NCBI GenBank assembly: GCA_024762975.1
Contig: JANTGJ010000005.1
Span: 1 to 55,365, forward strand
Source of the DNA: Candidatus Krumholzibacteriia bacterium
GTDB taxonomy: Bacteria > Krumholzibacteriota > Krumholzibacteriia > LZORAL124-64-63
DNA length: 55,365 nucleotides
Direction of reading: 5' to 3'
Position 1 is the stretch's first letter. Every line of letters starts with the position of its first letter. The position numbers were made by a program, and so were the translations under genes. Under the pieces are notes generated by a model. The model made no database searches. It was not told the DNA's origin and worked only from the letters and a program-made list of their open reading frames with translations. Shown here in pieces: positions 27,043 to 36,653 of the stretch.

Positions 27043-28401
27043 CTACAGGAGTTCGGCAGCCAGGCTGGCCAACTCGCTGCGCTCGCTCTTGGCAAGCGTA
27101 ATGTGGCCGTGGATCGCCTGGTTCTGGAAACGTTCAACCACATAGGTCAATCCGTTCGAAGAGGCATCCAGGTAGGGATTGTCGATCTGGTAGGCGTCCC
27201 CCGTCAGCACCACCTTCGCATCCTCGCCCGCCCGCGATACGACGGTCTTGACTTCATGCGGCGTCAGGTTCTGCGCCTCGTCGATGATGATGAATAGTTT
27301 GGGCAGGCTGCGCCCGCGGATATAGGTAACGGCCTCGACTTCGACCACTCCGGTATCGTACAGGTACTGCACCTTGTCCGAGGTGTTCTCCATCTTCGGG
27401 TCGACCAGAAATTGCAGGTTGTCCGATACCGGCTGCATCCAACTCTCGAGTTTCTCGTCCTTGCTGCCCGGCAGGTAGCCGATGTCCTTGCCCAGCGGCA
27501 TGATCGGGCGGGAAACCATGATCCGCCGATACCGTTTCTCCTCGGCGACCAGTTGCAGGCCTGCCGCCAGCGCCAGCAGGGTCTTTCCGGTCCCGGCCTG
27601 TCCCAGCATCGTGACCAGACGGATGTCCGGTCGCAGGAGCAGCTCGAGCGCGAACTGCTGCTGGACATTGCGGGGGCCCAGTCCCCAGGGGCGGGCGTCT
27701 CCATGTTGGAAGGGTTCGACCAGGCCCGAATCGGCACGATAGATTCCCCGGGCGCTGTGCTTCGGGTTGGCGGCATCCTTCAACAGGACTCCCTCGTTGG
27801 GATAGCATTCATCGTCCAGCGTGGTCGGCGTACCCTGATAGAAAGAGTCCACGACATCGCCGGGAACCTCGCGTTCGCTCCACCCGGTATACAGCTCGTC
27901 AAAATTCACCCGGGTGCGCAGAAAATCGTCGGCCTGGATGCCGAGGGCATCCGCCTTCACCCGTGCATTGATATCCTTGGACACGAAGTGTACGTCCGTG
28001 CCGGCCTTCTGCAACGCGCAGGCGACGGCCAGAATGCGGTTGTCGGCCACCGAACGGTCCATGTCCTTGGGCAGGTACTCGGTGTAACTCTTGACGACGA
28101 CATAGAGCTTGCCCCCCGTGGGCATTTCGACACCCTGGCTGAGCGGCCGCCCATCGCGCAACGAGTCGATGGTGCGGATCACACGACGTGCATTCCGGGC
28201 CTTTTCGTCGTTGCCGCGCTTGAATCGGTCGAGCTCCTCAAGCACGTCGACGGTCAGAATGAGGTTGTTCTCTTCGAAGGAAGTCAGCGAATCGGCGTCG
28301 TGCAGAAGCACGTTGGTGTCGAGCAGGAAGGTTCGTCCGGTGGGAGCCGGAACCGTGCTCGCGTCGTCGAGCCAATGGCTGGTGGTGATTTCCATCTCCA
28401 T
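27043..28401 (-). CDS. PhoH family ATPase with N-terminal PIN domain (PhoH2/YlaK-like)
   Basis: LDTNVLLHD, DNRIL, SKDINARVKA (PIN); GQAGTGKT, IGYLPG, RGRSL, DEAQN, GDAYQIDNPY (PhoH); GGAGG before ATG 28401. Confidence 0.93.
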   Translation of the reverse strand: MEMEITTSHWLDDASTVPAPTGRTFLLDTNVLLHDADSLTSFEENNLILTVDVLEELDRFKRGNDEKARNARRVIRTIDSLRDGRPLSQGVEMPTGGKLYVVVKSYTEYLPKDMDRSVADNRILAVACALQKAGTDVHFVSKDINARVKADALGIQADDFLRTRVNFDELYTGWSEREVPGDVVDSFYQGTPTTLDDECYPNEGVLLKDAANPKHSARGIYRADSGLVEPFQHGDARPWGLGPRNVQQQFALELLLRPDIRLVTMLGQAGTGKTLLALAAGLQLVAEEKRYRRIMVSRPIMPLGKDIGYLPGSKDEKLESWMQPVSDNLQFLVDPKMENTSDKVQYLYDTGVVEVEAVTYIRGRSLPKLFIIIDEAQNLTPHEVKTVVSRAGEDAKVVLTGDAYQIDNPYLDASSNGLTYVVERFQNQAIHGHITLAKSERSELASLAAELL

Positions 28402-28569
28402 GACGGCCTCCCGGGGCGCGGCCCTATCCGGTACCAGCGCCGCAGTTGGGGGAATCCTTTCCGGGCTTGTCGGTAGAATCGGCAGTTCCGGCTTGTAGCC
28501 TGAATCCTTTCTCGGTAGTCTGCCCGCAAAACATGGGCTTCCCAACACGATCCAGCGTACGAGGGATTG

Positions 28570-30486
28570 ATGATCCAGCGACTGAACACACCATATGCAG
28601 GGCCGGCTGGCCGGTCAATCGCCGCCTTGGTCGGATTGCTTCTTGTTTTCGGAGGGGCGCCGGGATTGCGGGCCGGAGCGGATCCGGACTCGGCGCAGAC
28701 GCGGGTCTGGCCGCTGGATCTGCCGGAGCACTACCTGACCAGCAACTTCATGGAGTACCGCCCGGGGCGCTACCACGCCGGCCTGGACTTCAAGACCCGT
28801 TCGCTACCCGGTTTCGTCGTGCGTGCGGTGGAAGATGGCTACATCGAGCGGATACGCGCGACTCCGGGGGCGTATGGAAGGGCGATCTATCTGCGAGGTG
28901 ATTCGGGTCGGACCTTCGTGTACGCCCATCTCGGTCGATTCAACGATGTCCTGCGCCGGCGGCTGCAGGCGGTGCGCACGCGGACCGGTCGCTATCGTGC
29001 CCGGCTGGAGTTTCAGCCGGGTGAAATCCCGGTCACGGCCGCAGATGTGCTGGGCCTGTCCGGTCAAAGCGGCACCCTGGGGCCGCACCTGCATTTCGAG
29101 GTGCGAGATGCGGGGCAGCGCCCGATGGACCCGCAAAGCGAGGGCTTTGCCGTGCCGGATCACATCGCGCCGGTTATCCACCATGTGCGAGCGGTGCCGG
29201 CCCAGGCCACCGCAACGGCGGGGGGAATGTCTCTGGCAGTACTGTGCCCGTGCGCAGAGCGCGATACCCTGCCGGCGCTGGCCATCGAGGGGCCTGTGGC
29301 CTTCGCAGCCCGTATCACCGAGCAATCCGACCGGATGGGGCATGTGCTGGAGCCGGCGAAGATCGAAGTCCGATTGGATGGAGCGGTCGTCTACTCCACC
29401 AGGAACGAGCGCTTTGCATTCGACGAGGTAGGTCAACAGCGGCTCGAATGGTTGGAGATACCGGCGCACGACGGTCGGGCGAGGATTCGGGAGCGCTGGC
29501 TGCATCGGCGTCCCGAAAATCATTTGCCGGGACGCAGCGGCGGTTTGTGGTACCTCGGAGCGGAGGGGGAAGGACTCGCCGCAGGGCGGCACGAACTGTC
29601 GGTTACCGCCACGGACCGGGCGGGGAATCGGGATCGGGTGATCGTTCCCTTGATCGTGGGCGCCGCGACGCCAGGTGAGGGTTGGGAAGAGGCTCCGGCC
29701 CTGGCCTGCTTGAGCGATGCAACTGGCATGAATACAAACTGTTTGACGCCATTCTTTCAGGTGAAGAGTGAGGGTGGCCAGGCGGCATCTGTGCGAACCT
29801 TTTCTGCCCAGTTCGATGATCCGGTGCTAGCGCCGGTCCAGGTCCTCTGGGATTGGTTGCCCCAGGATGCGGGACAGCGGACGGCCGCGGCTCAACAGGG
29901 GCTGCTGGGAAGTGGGCCGTGCCTGCGCATTACCGCAGCCGATTGGCCCCTGGACGGTAAGCTGGCTTTCGCCTGGCCGGACTCCGCCCCGGTTCCGGAC
30001 GCGGCGGACTCCGCTCTGGGCGTCTACTCCTGGGATGGCCAGGAGTGGGACTGGGAGGGAAGCCCGCTGCGCCCGGGGCCCGCGAATCTCCAGTTGGGCA
30101 TTGCCCGGCGTCGAGCCCATACATTGTTGGCTGATTTTCGGCCGCCGCGTCTGCCGGAGGCGTCGATCGACACGATCTCGTTCTCTCGTGGACCGGTTTC
30201 GCCGGATCCGGCGGTGACCCTGCCCCGCTGGGAGATTCGGCCCCTTGCCGTGGTGGATGACGGCTCCGGCATTCAGTCCTCGTCGATCCAGCTCGATCTG
30301 GGGGGGCGACGACTGATCCCCGAGCCGGATCTGGTGCGGGACCGGATCCTGATTCAATTGCCGGATTCCTGTCGTGCCGGTTCCACGTACGAACTGGTGC
30401 TGACGGTGGCGGATCGGGCCGGCAACCGGGTCCAGGCTTCCTGGGCCGCCAGTTGCCGGGTGGACTCGGACGGTGGGGCACGCTAG
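28570..30486 (+). CDS. M23 family metallopeptidase with C-terminal Ig-like domains
   Basis: Signal peptide; HAGLD (HxxxD), YAHL, GPHLHFEVRD (HxH); two TDRAGN/ADRAGN Ig-strand motifs. Confidence 0.85.
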   Translation: MIQRLNTPYAGPAGRSIAALVGLLLVFGGAPGLRAGADPDSAQTRVWPLDLPEHYLTSNFMEYRPGRYHAGLDFKTRSLPGFVVRAVEDGYIERIRATPGAYGRAIYLRGDSGRTFVYAHLGRFNDVLRRRLQAVRTRTGRYRARLEFQPGEIPVTAADVLGLSGQSGTLGPHLHFEVRDAGQRPMDPQSEGFAVPDHIAPVIHHVRAVPAQATATAGGMSLAVLCPCAERDTLPALAIEGPVAFAARITEQSDRMGHVLEPAKIEVRLDGAVVYSTRNERFAFDEVGQQRLEWLEIPAHDGRARIRERWLHRRPENHLPGRSGGLWYLGAEGEGLAAGRHELSVTATDRAGNRDRVIVPLIVGAATPGEGWEEAPALACLSDATGMNTNCLTPFFQVKSEGGQAASVRTFSAQFDDPVLAPVQVLWDWLPQDAGQRTAAAQQGLLGSGPCLRITAADWPLDGKLAFAWPDSAPVPDAADSALGVYSWDGQEWDWEGSPLRPGPANLQLGIARRRAHTLLADFRPPRLPEASIDTISFSRGPVSPDPAVTLPRWEIRPLAVVDDGSGIQSSSIQLDLGGRRLIPEPDLVRDRILIQLPDSCRAGSTYELVLTVADRAGNRVQASWAASCRVDSDGGAR

Positions 30487-30574
30487 TCGTTGGAGACCCT
30501 GACTTGGATTCGCGCGGACGATTCCCTACTTTTCGCCCAGACCCCTGCACTGGCGGCCTCGGTACGGAGAACGA

Positions 30575-31342
30575 ATGATGAAATGGTATCAATCGAGATG
30601 GTGGATTCTCTTTCTGGTGACCGTACTGTCGTTGCCGGGCGGCATGGGTGCCCGGGCTGCGGATTCCTATACGGGGTGGTATCTGAGCGCCGGGGCGAAT
30701 CTGCTGCTGATGGACGGGACCGGCAGCTGGGGCGGGGTCGACTTTGACCCGACGGCCGCAAGCTTTGACGGGGGAACCGGTACCCAGGGGTTGAACTGGA
30801 GCGAGAAACTGCTGCTGGGCGGGAAGCCGAATCTGGGCTATCGCTTCAACGAGCGCTTCGCAATGCAGTTCGGATACAGCTATCTGTTTCCCAAACGTTC
30901 CGCACAGTATTTTACCCAGCAGATCGGCACCGCGACCACCCAGGACCGGCTGGACTGGGAGTGGCGTCATTCCACGTTGGATCTGGTCGGGGTCTACTAC
31001 CCCAGCGACGAATGGAATGTCCATTTCTATGCCGGCGCCGAGAGGGTCCTGGCTGAACTGGATGCCGTTCCGTCGCGCAGTGCCACGTTGCCCGACCTTT
31101 TCGGCGGGGCCACCTCGCAGACCGACTCCGAGTTCTGGACCGACACGGTCCGGGCCTGGGGTGCCGTTGTCGGGGCCGGGTTGGAAATGCCGTCCGAGAA
31201 CCTGAATGTCTCGACCGTGGTTACCCTGCAGTATTCCACTTCGCGGGCGCGGCAGCAGCTTTTCGTGACGCCGGACTTCGATCTTGGAGTGGGAGGCTTT
31301 GCCCTGTTTGCCGGCTTGAAATGGTACTTCACGGCGGAATAG
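30575..31342 (+). CDS. Outer membrane beta-barrel protein (OmpA/OmpW-like small barrel)
   Basis: Signal peptide ending ARA; GWYLSAGA, LGYRFNERFAMQFGY, GGFALFAGLKWYF alternating strands. Confidence 0.75.
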   Translation: MMKWYQSRWWILFLVTVLSLPGGMGARAADSYTGWYLSAGANLLLMDGTGSWGGVDFDPTAASFDGGTGTQGLNWSEKLLLGGKPNLGYRFNERFAMQFGYSYLFPKRSAQYFTQQIGTATTQDRLDWEWRHSTLDLVGVYYPSDEWNVHFYAGAERVLAELDAVPSRSATLPDLFGGATSQTDSEFWTDTVRAWGAVVGAGLEMPSENLNVSTVVTLQYSTSRARQQLFVTPDFDLGVGGFALFAGLKWYFTAE

Positions 31343-31472
31343 GTTTCCGGCAGAGCCGTTTCCGTGGCGCCGGTTGTCCCGGCACGGTTTCCCTGCTATC
31401 CTACCTGGGATCCGCCGCGACATCGATTCCGGCCTGACCCGAAACACCAACGCGAAGAACTGCAGACTCCAG

Positions 31473-34400
31473 ATGTCAGTCTCTGTGCCCCCAGACAATT
31501 TCGTGCACCTGCACAATCATTCGCACTATTCGCTCCTGGACGGAGCGATGAAACCCAAGGACATGGCCGCCCGGGCGGCCGAGTTGGGGCAGCCGGCGCT
31601 GGCGCTGACCGATCATGGCAACATGTTCGGCGCGGTGGAGTTCTTTCTCGCCTGCAAGAAGGCGGGGATCAAACCGATCGTCGGATCCGAAGTCTATATT
31701 ACGGCCGACCGGCAGAATCGGGTCGCCGACAAGGTGCACAATCGCAGTTATCACATGGTGCTGCTGGCGGCAAGCGAGACGGGCTACCACAATCTGGTCA
31801 AGCTTTCCTCGTATGGTTACCTGGAGGGATTCTACTACCGCCCGCGCATCGACAAGGAATTGCTGGCGCAGTACAGCGAGGGGCTGATCGGACTGTCGGC
31901 GTGCATGAGTGGCGAGCCGAATTTTCATCTGCGCACCGGAGACGTCGAGAAGGCGACCGCCGCCGCTGCCGAGTACCGTGACATCCTGGGCGCGGAGAAC
32001 TATTTCCTCGAGATCCAGAACCACGGGATCGAGGAAGAAGGCCGAATCCGCCAATTGATGCCGCAGGTCGCCGACGCCGTGGGCTGCGGAATCGTTGCGA
32101 CGAACGACTGCCACTTCCTGGACCGTGCGCACCATGAGGCCCACGACATCCTGCTGGCCATCCAGACGGGCAAGACCCTCAACGATCCGAACCGCTGGCG
32201 CAGCAACACGCCCGAAGTCTACTTCAAATCGACCCAGGAAATGCTGAAGCTTTTCCAGGATTGGCCCGATGCGGTTTCCAATACGTTGCGTATTGCCGAG
32301 CGGGTCGATTTCGAGATGCAGCTGGGTAAACTGCTGCTGCCCGAATTTCCCTTGCCGGACGAGTTCGATACACCCGACGAGTATGTAGCGAGCCTGTCGC
32401 GCAAGGGATTGAAAGAGCGATACGGCACCATCACCGAAGAAATGGAGGAGCGCCTCGCCTACGAACTGGGAATCATCCAGCAGACCGGGTATGCCGGCTA
32501 CTTCCTGATCGTTTGGGATTTCATCGATGCCGCGCGCAGGATGAAGATTCCGGTCGGGCCGGGGCGGGGATCCGCCGCCGGCTCGCTGGTGTGCTACTGC
32601 ATGGGAATCACGGATATCGATCCGTTGCGGCATCAGCTGCTGTTCGAGCGTTTCCTGAATCCAGAACGGATCTCGATGCCGGATATCGATGTGGATTTCT
32701 GTTTTGAGCGGCGTGGCGATGTGATCGAGTACGTGGCGCAGAAATACGGGCGTGAAAACGTCTCCCAGATCATCACTTTCGGCACGATGGCAGCCAAGGC
32801 CGTGCTGAAGGACGTCGCCCGCGTGCTGGACATGCCGTTTTCCGAAAGCAATCGGATCTCCGGTCTGGTGCCCGAGGAAGTCGGCATGACGCTGGGCAAG
32901 GCACTCGATTCGGCGCCGGGTCTGAAAGAGGTCGCTGATCAGTCCGACGAACACGCGATGCTGATGCGCAATGCCCTGGTTCTGGAGGGCCTGAACCGCA
33001 ATACCGGAATTCACGCCGCCGGAGTCCTGATCACGCCATCGCCGCTGATCGAACATGCGCCGCTGTATCGCAATACGAAGGGCGATATCACGGTCCAGTT
33101 CGACATGACCATGAGCGAAACCCTGGGCCTGTTGAAGATGGACTTCCTGGGCCTGCGCACGCTGACGGTCATCGACAAGGCACTGGATCTGGTGGCGGCC
33201 ACCACCGGCAAGAGAATCCTGGCCGAGGAAATTCCGACCGATGATGAGGCAACCTACCAGTTGCTGCAGGACGGACGCACCGTGGGCGTCTTCCAGCTCG
33301 AGAGCAGCGGTATGCAGGAACTGGTGCGCAAGCTGGCTCCGACCTGTTACGACGACATCACAGCCATCTGTGCGCTGTATCGGCCCGGGCCGCTGGGCGC
33401 GGACATGGACAAGGTCTATGTCGAGCGCAAGCACGGCCGCCAGCAGGTCGAGTACAAGGATCCCTGCCTCGAACCCATCCTGAAGGACACCTATGGCGTG
33501 ATCCTGTACCAGGAGCAGGTGATGCAGATCGCCTCGAAGATGGGTGGCTTCACCATGGGCGAGGCCGACACGCTGCGCAAGGCCATGGGTAAAAAGAAGC
33601 TCGACATGATGGCCGAGATGAAGGTCAAGTTCCTGGCCGGCGCCCAGGCCGGCGGATACGACGAGCGCGCGGCCCGCGAAATCTACGAGGAAATGGAGTT
33701 CTTCGCCCAGTACGGATTCAACAAGAGCCATTCGGCGGCGTACGCTCTGTTGTCGATCCAGACGGCCTGGCTGAAGGCGCATCATCCGGCCGAGTTCATG
33801 GCTGCGACCATGACCACCGAGATGCGCAAGTCCGATCGGATCACGCAGCTGATCGACGAGGTGAAAGCGCTTGGACTGGAAATTCGCCTGCCGGACATCA
33901 ACCATCCCAGTTCCCAGTTCGGGGTCAGCGATGGGCAGATCGTTTTCGGCATGGGCGCGGTCAAGGGAGTCGGCGCCGCCGCAATCGACGTGATCGCCGC
34001 GGCACGCGAGGAACTCGGGCGCGATTTCACCGATCTGTTCGATTTGTGTGAGAACGTCGATCTGCAGAAGGTCAACCGCAAGGTGATCGAAGGGTTGATC
34101 AACGCCGGCGCCATGGATCGATTGCCGGGGCACCGGCGCCAGTTGCTGGCGAACCTGGATCGCGCACTGGCCTTCGGGCAGCGGGCGGCCCGGGAGAAGG
34201 CTGGCGGTCAGGCCTCCCTTTTCGGAGGCGGCAGTGATGCGCAGTTGATGCGACCGACACTGGCCGAATGCGGCCCGTTCGACCCCCTGGTCGAGTTGTC
34301 GAAGGAGCGGGCGGCGGTGGGGTTTTTCCTCTCCGGCCATCCCTTCGAGGAGTACCGGGAACTGATGGCCTCGTTGCCGACGGGGTCGACGGCCGCAGCT

Positions 34401-35078
34401 CACCAGCGTGGAGAGGGGACCTGGGTCGATCTGGTCGGAGTGATCACGTCGCATACGAAACATCGCGACCGGCACAAGCGCGTCTACGCCCGGGCCAACT
34501 TCGAGGACAAGAGCGGAGTGATCGGTTTGACGATCTATTCGCAGCAATACGAACTGGCGCAGCATCTGGTCGCCAGCGATCACATTCTGGTCGTCGGCGG
34601 ACGGGTGCAGGTGCGCAGTGACGGCGCCCGCGAGATTGTCGTCGACCGCCTGACGGATATCGATCAGGTCCTCGGTACCTGGACGCGGGATCTCTTCCTG
34701 CAGCTGGATCTCGAGAGTGCAGGTGCCGCTGCCATCGAGAGTCTGGGAGATTTGCTGCGGGATTTCGGCCGTCCCCTGGAGATTCGCGCTCCGCAGGATC
34801 CGGATATCCCGGAGCCCGACGAGCCGGAGGTGGACGAGGCCGTCCTCGAGGCCGGCGGCGAGCCCCCAATGCCATTGATGGCGCAGCCGATTCCGGTGAT
34901 TGTCGAAGTGCAACGCGGAGATCGGACCTGGCTGTTGCAATCCGGAGGAAATAGCCTGGCCCTGACCCTGGATTGTCTACGCCGTTTGCGCCAGGTGCCC
35001 GGCGCTGCCGGATTGCGTCTGCGCGTGGTGTTGCCCGCACCGGTCGAGGCCAAGCGACGCTTCCAGGGACGAGGTTGA
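31473..35078 (+). CDS. dnaE: DNA polymerase III alpha subunit
   Basis: FVHLHNHSHYSLLDG, GPGRGSAAGSLV, FERFLNPER.SMPDIDVDF, KMDFLGLRTL, YGFNKSH, clamp-binding QASLF. Confidence 0.98.
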   Translation: MSVSVPPDNFVHLHNHSHYSLLDGAMKPKDMAARAAELGQPALALTDHGNMFGAVEFFLACKKAGIKPIVGSEVYITADRQNRVADKVHNRSYHMVLLAASETGYHNLVKLSSYGYLEGFYYRPRIDKELLAQYSEGLIGLSACMSGEPNFHLRTGDVEKATAAAAEYRDILGAENYFLEIQNHGIEEEGRIRQLMPQVADAVGCGIVATNDCHFLDRAHHEAHDILLAIQTGKTLNDPNRWRSNTPEVYFKSTQEMLKLFQDWPDAVSNTLRIAERVDFEMQLGKLLLPEFPLPDEFDTPDEYVASLSRKGLKERYGTITEEMEERLAYELGIIQQTGYAGYFLIVWDFIDAARRMKIPVGPGRGSAAGSLVCYCMGITDIDPLRHQLLFERFLNPERISMPDIDVDFCFERRGDVIEYVAQKYGRENVSQIITFGTMAAKAVLKDVARVLDMPFSESNRISGLVPEEVGMTLGKALDSAPGLKEVADQSDEHAMLMRNALVLEGLNRNTGIHAAGVLITPSPLIEHAPLYRNTKGDITVQFDMTMSETLGLLKMDFLGLRTLTVIDKALDLVAATTGKRILAEEIPTDDEATYQLLQDGRTVGVFQLESSGMQELVRKLAPTCYDDITAICALYRPGPLGADMDKVYVERKHGRQQVEYKDPCLEPILKDTYGVILYQEQVMQIASKMGGFTMGEADTLRKAMGKKKLDMMAEMKVKFLAGAQAGGYDERAAREIYEEMEFFAQYGFNKSHSAAYALLSIQTAWLKAHHPAEFMAATMTTEMRKSDRITQLIDEVKALGLEIRLPDINHPSSQFGVSDGQIVFGMGAVKGVGAAAIDVIAAAREELGRDFTDLFDLCENVDLQKVNRKVIEGLINAGAMDRLPGHRRQLLANLDRALAFGQRAAREKAGGQASLFGGGSDAQLMRPTLAECGPFDPLVELSKERAAVGFFLSGHPFEEYRELMASLPTGSTAAAHQRGEGTWVDLVGVITSHTKHRDRHKRVYARANFEDKSGVIGLTIYSQQYELAQHLVASDHILVVGGRVQVRSDGAREIVVDRLTDIDQVLGTWTRDLFLQLDLESAGAAAIESLGDLLRDFGRPLEIRAPQDPDIPEPDEPEVDEAVLEAGGEPPMPLMAQPIPVIVEVQRGDRTWLLQSGGNSLALTLDCLRRLRQVPGAAGLRLRVVLPAPVEAKRRFQGRG

Positions 35079-35225
35079 ACCGCTGTGCCCGGCGCGGCGA
35101 CTTGGGCTTGACACTGGCCCGGTGAGATGACTAAATCCCTTTTTGCGAACCGTTTTCCATGCGGGAGAACGGCTTTTCCGCAGGGACCGGAGGTGCACCG
35201 GCAACCCTGCCATGAGGCGATACCC

Positions 35226-36206
35226 ATGGATTGGAAGAAGAAAGCCCTGTGGCTTGATTTTGAATTGCCCCTGGTCGAACTGGAGGAGCGAATCCAGACC
35301 CTCCAGGATTCGGCCGATGTGCGCGGCATGGATGTACAGGAAGAGGTCGCGCGATTGCGCGCCAAGGCCGAAAAGCTGGGGCGCGAGATTTTCGAGAAGC
35401 TGGAACCGTGGCAGCGCGTGCAACTGGCCCGGCACCCTCGTCGGCCCACCACCGTCGACCTGATCGGCTACATCTTCACGGATTTTCAGGAGTTGCATGG
35501 CGACCGGATGTTCCGCGATGATCCGGCGATCGTGGGGGGCATGGCGACGCTGGGCGAGCGAAAGATCATGCTCATCGGTCACCAGAAGGGGCGAGACACC
35601 AAGAGCAATATCAAACGCAATTTCGGAATGGCCCACCCCGAAGGATACCGCAAGGCACTGCGCCTGATGGAAATGGCAGCCCGCTTTGAGCGCCCCGTGG
35701 TCACCTTCATCGATACGCCCGGCGCCTATCCGGGGCTGGGGGCCGAGGAGCGGGGTCAGGCCGAGGCGATTGCCCGCAATCTGCGGGAGATGGCTGCCCT
35801 GCCGGTTCCGATCGTCGTGGTCGTGACCGGGGAAGGCGGCAGCGGCGGCGCGCTGGCATTGGGAGTCGGGGACCGGATCTACATGCTGGAAAATTCGATC
35901 TACAGTGTGATCAGTCCCGAGGGCTGCGCGGCGATTCTCTGGCGCGACGGCGCCAAGAGCAAGGAAGCCGCCAAGGCCATGAAGCTGACCAGCGCCGATG
36001 CCCGACGTCTGGGTGTGATCGACGGTGTGATCAAGGAACCGATCGGCGGAGCGCACCGGGACCACGAAGGCATGGCTGCAAGCATCCAGGGCCAGATCCA
36101 GGACGCCCTGGCGGAACTGGAGCAACTCCCGGTGAATGACCTGCTGGACCGGCGTCTACAGAAATTCCTGGATATGGGGGACTTCGAGGATGCGGGTCGT
36201 TCGTGA
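35226..36206 (+). CDS. accA: Acetyl-CoA carboxylase carboxyltransferase alpha subunit
   Basis: [50 protein letters not shown]; the dnaE-accA order is also found in E. coli. Confidence 0.97.
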   Translation: MDWKKKALWLDFELPLVELEERIQTLQDSADVRGMDVQEEVARLRAKAEKLGREIFEKLEPWQRVQLARHPRRPTTVDLIGYIFTDFQELHGDRMFRDDPAIVGGMATLGERKIMLIGHQKGRDTKSNIKRNFGMAHPEGYRKALRLMEMAARFERPVVTFIDTPGAYPGLGAEERGQAEAIARNLREMAALPVPIVVVVTGEGGSGGALALGVGDRIYMLENSIYSVISPEGCAAILWRDGAKSKEAAKAMKLTSADARRLGVIDGVIKEPIGGAHRDHEGMAASIQGQIQDALAELEQLPVNDLLDRRLQKFLDMGDFEDAGRS

Positions 36207-36264
36207 CCGTTTGCCAGTTGATGCGACGAGTTTTGGGATTTTGTTCGAAAATGGCAGGATGGGG

Positions 36265-36293
36265 TTGACGAAAGGTTGGTATTGTCGTAATAT
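36265..36293 (+). promoter_or_regulatory. Sigma70-type promoter upstream of the Trm112-porU cluster
   Basis: TTGACG (36265-36270), 17 nt spacer, TAATAT (36288-36293) in an AT-richer intergenic region. Confidence 0.6.
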
Positions 36294-36458
36294 CTTCAAG
36301 CCAACCTCTTCCAGAATCTGGATCCTCTTCCGGCCGCCCCCGATCCATTGTGATCTGTGGGTTATTTCTTTATGGTACCTATTGATCCATCAGGTGGATG
36401 GTGCCGTCGGTTCGCTCCCGTTTTCCCATTGGTTTCGCAAGGTTTGAGGAGGCGATTC

Positions 36459-36647
36459 ATGCTGGATCCGAAGTTGCTCGAAATTCTCGCGTGTCCCGTT
36501 TGCCGGCAGTCGGTCGAAGCCGACGAGAAGCAGGAGTGGCTGTTGTGCCGCAAATGCTCGGTACGGTACCGTGTCGAGGGTGACATCCCCATCATGTTGC
36601 CTGAAGAAGCCGAGAAGATTCCCGGTCCCCATCGTGAGGGAGAGTAG
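36459..36647 (+). CDS. Trm112/YcaR family small protein
   Basis: MLDPKLLEILACPVC...LLCRKC..RY.V..DIPIML.EEA; GAGGAGG RBS. Confidence 0.92.
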   Translation: MLDPKLLEILACPVCRQSVEADEKQEWLLCRKCSVRYRVEGDIPIMLPEEAEKIPGPHREGE

Positions 36648-36653
36648 CGGACC

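Noticed and set aside
31476-34940. 1154-aa minus-strand ORF, and similar long antisense ORFs at 6854-8563, 16424-18613, 37665-40103, 42357-45788 and 48873-51965
   Set aside because: Each mirrors a well-supported plus-strand gene and shows no recognisable domain.
35108-35137. TTGACA upstream of accA
   Set aside because: No convincing -10 at 16-18 nt spacing (best is TAAATC), so not listed as a promoter.
36320-36390. Cluster of four GATC sites in the Trm112-porU leader (Dam-switch idea)
   Set aside because: GATC is very common throughout this window, so the cluster is not distinctive.
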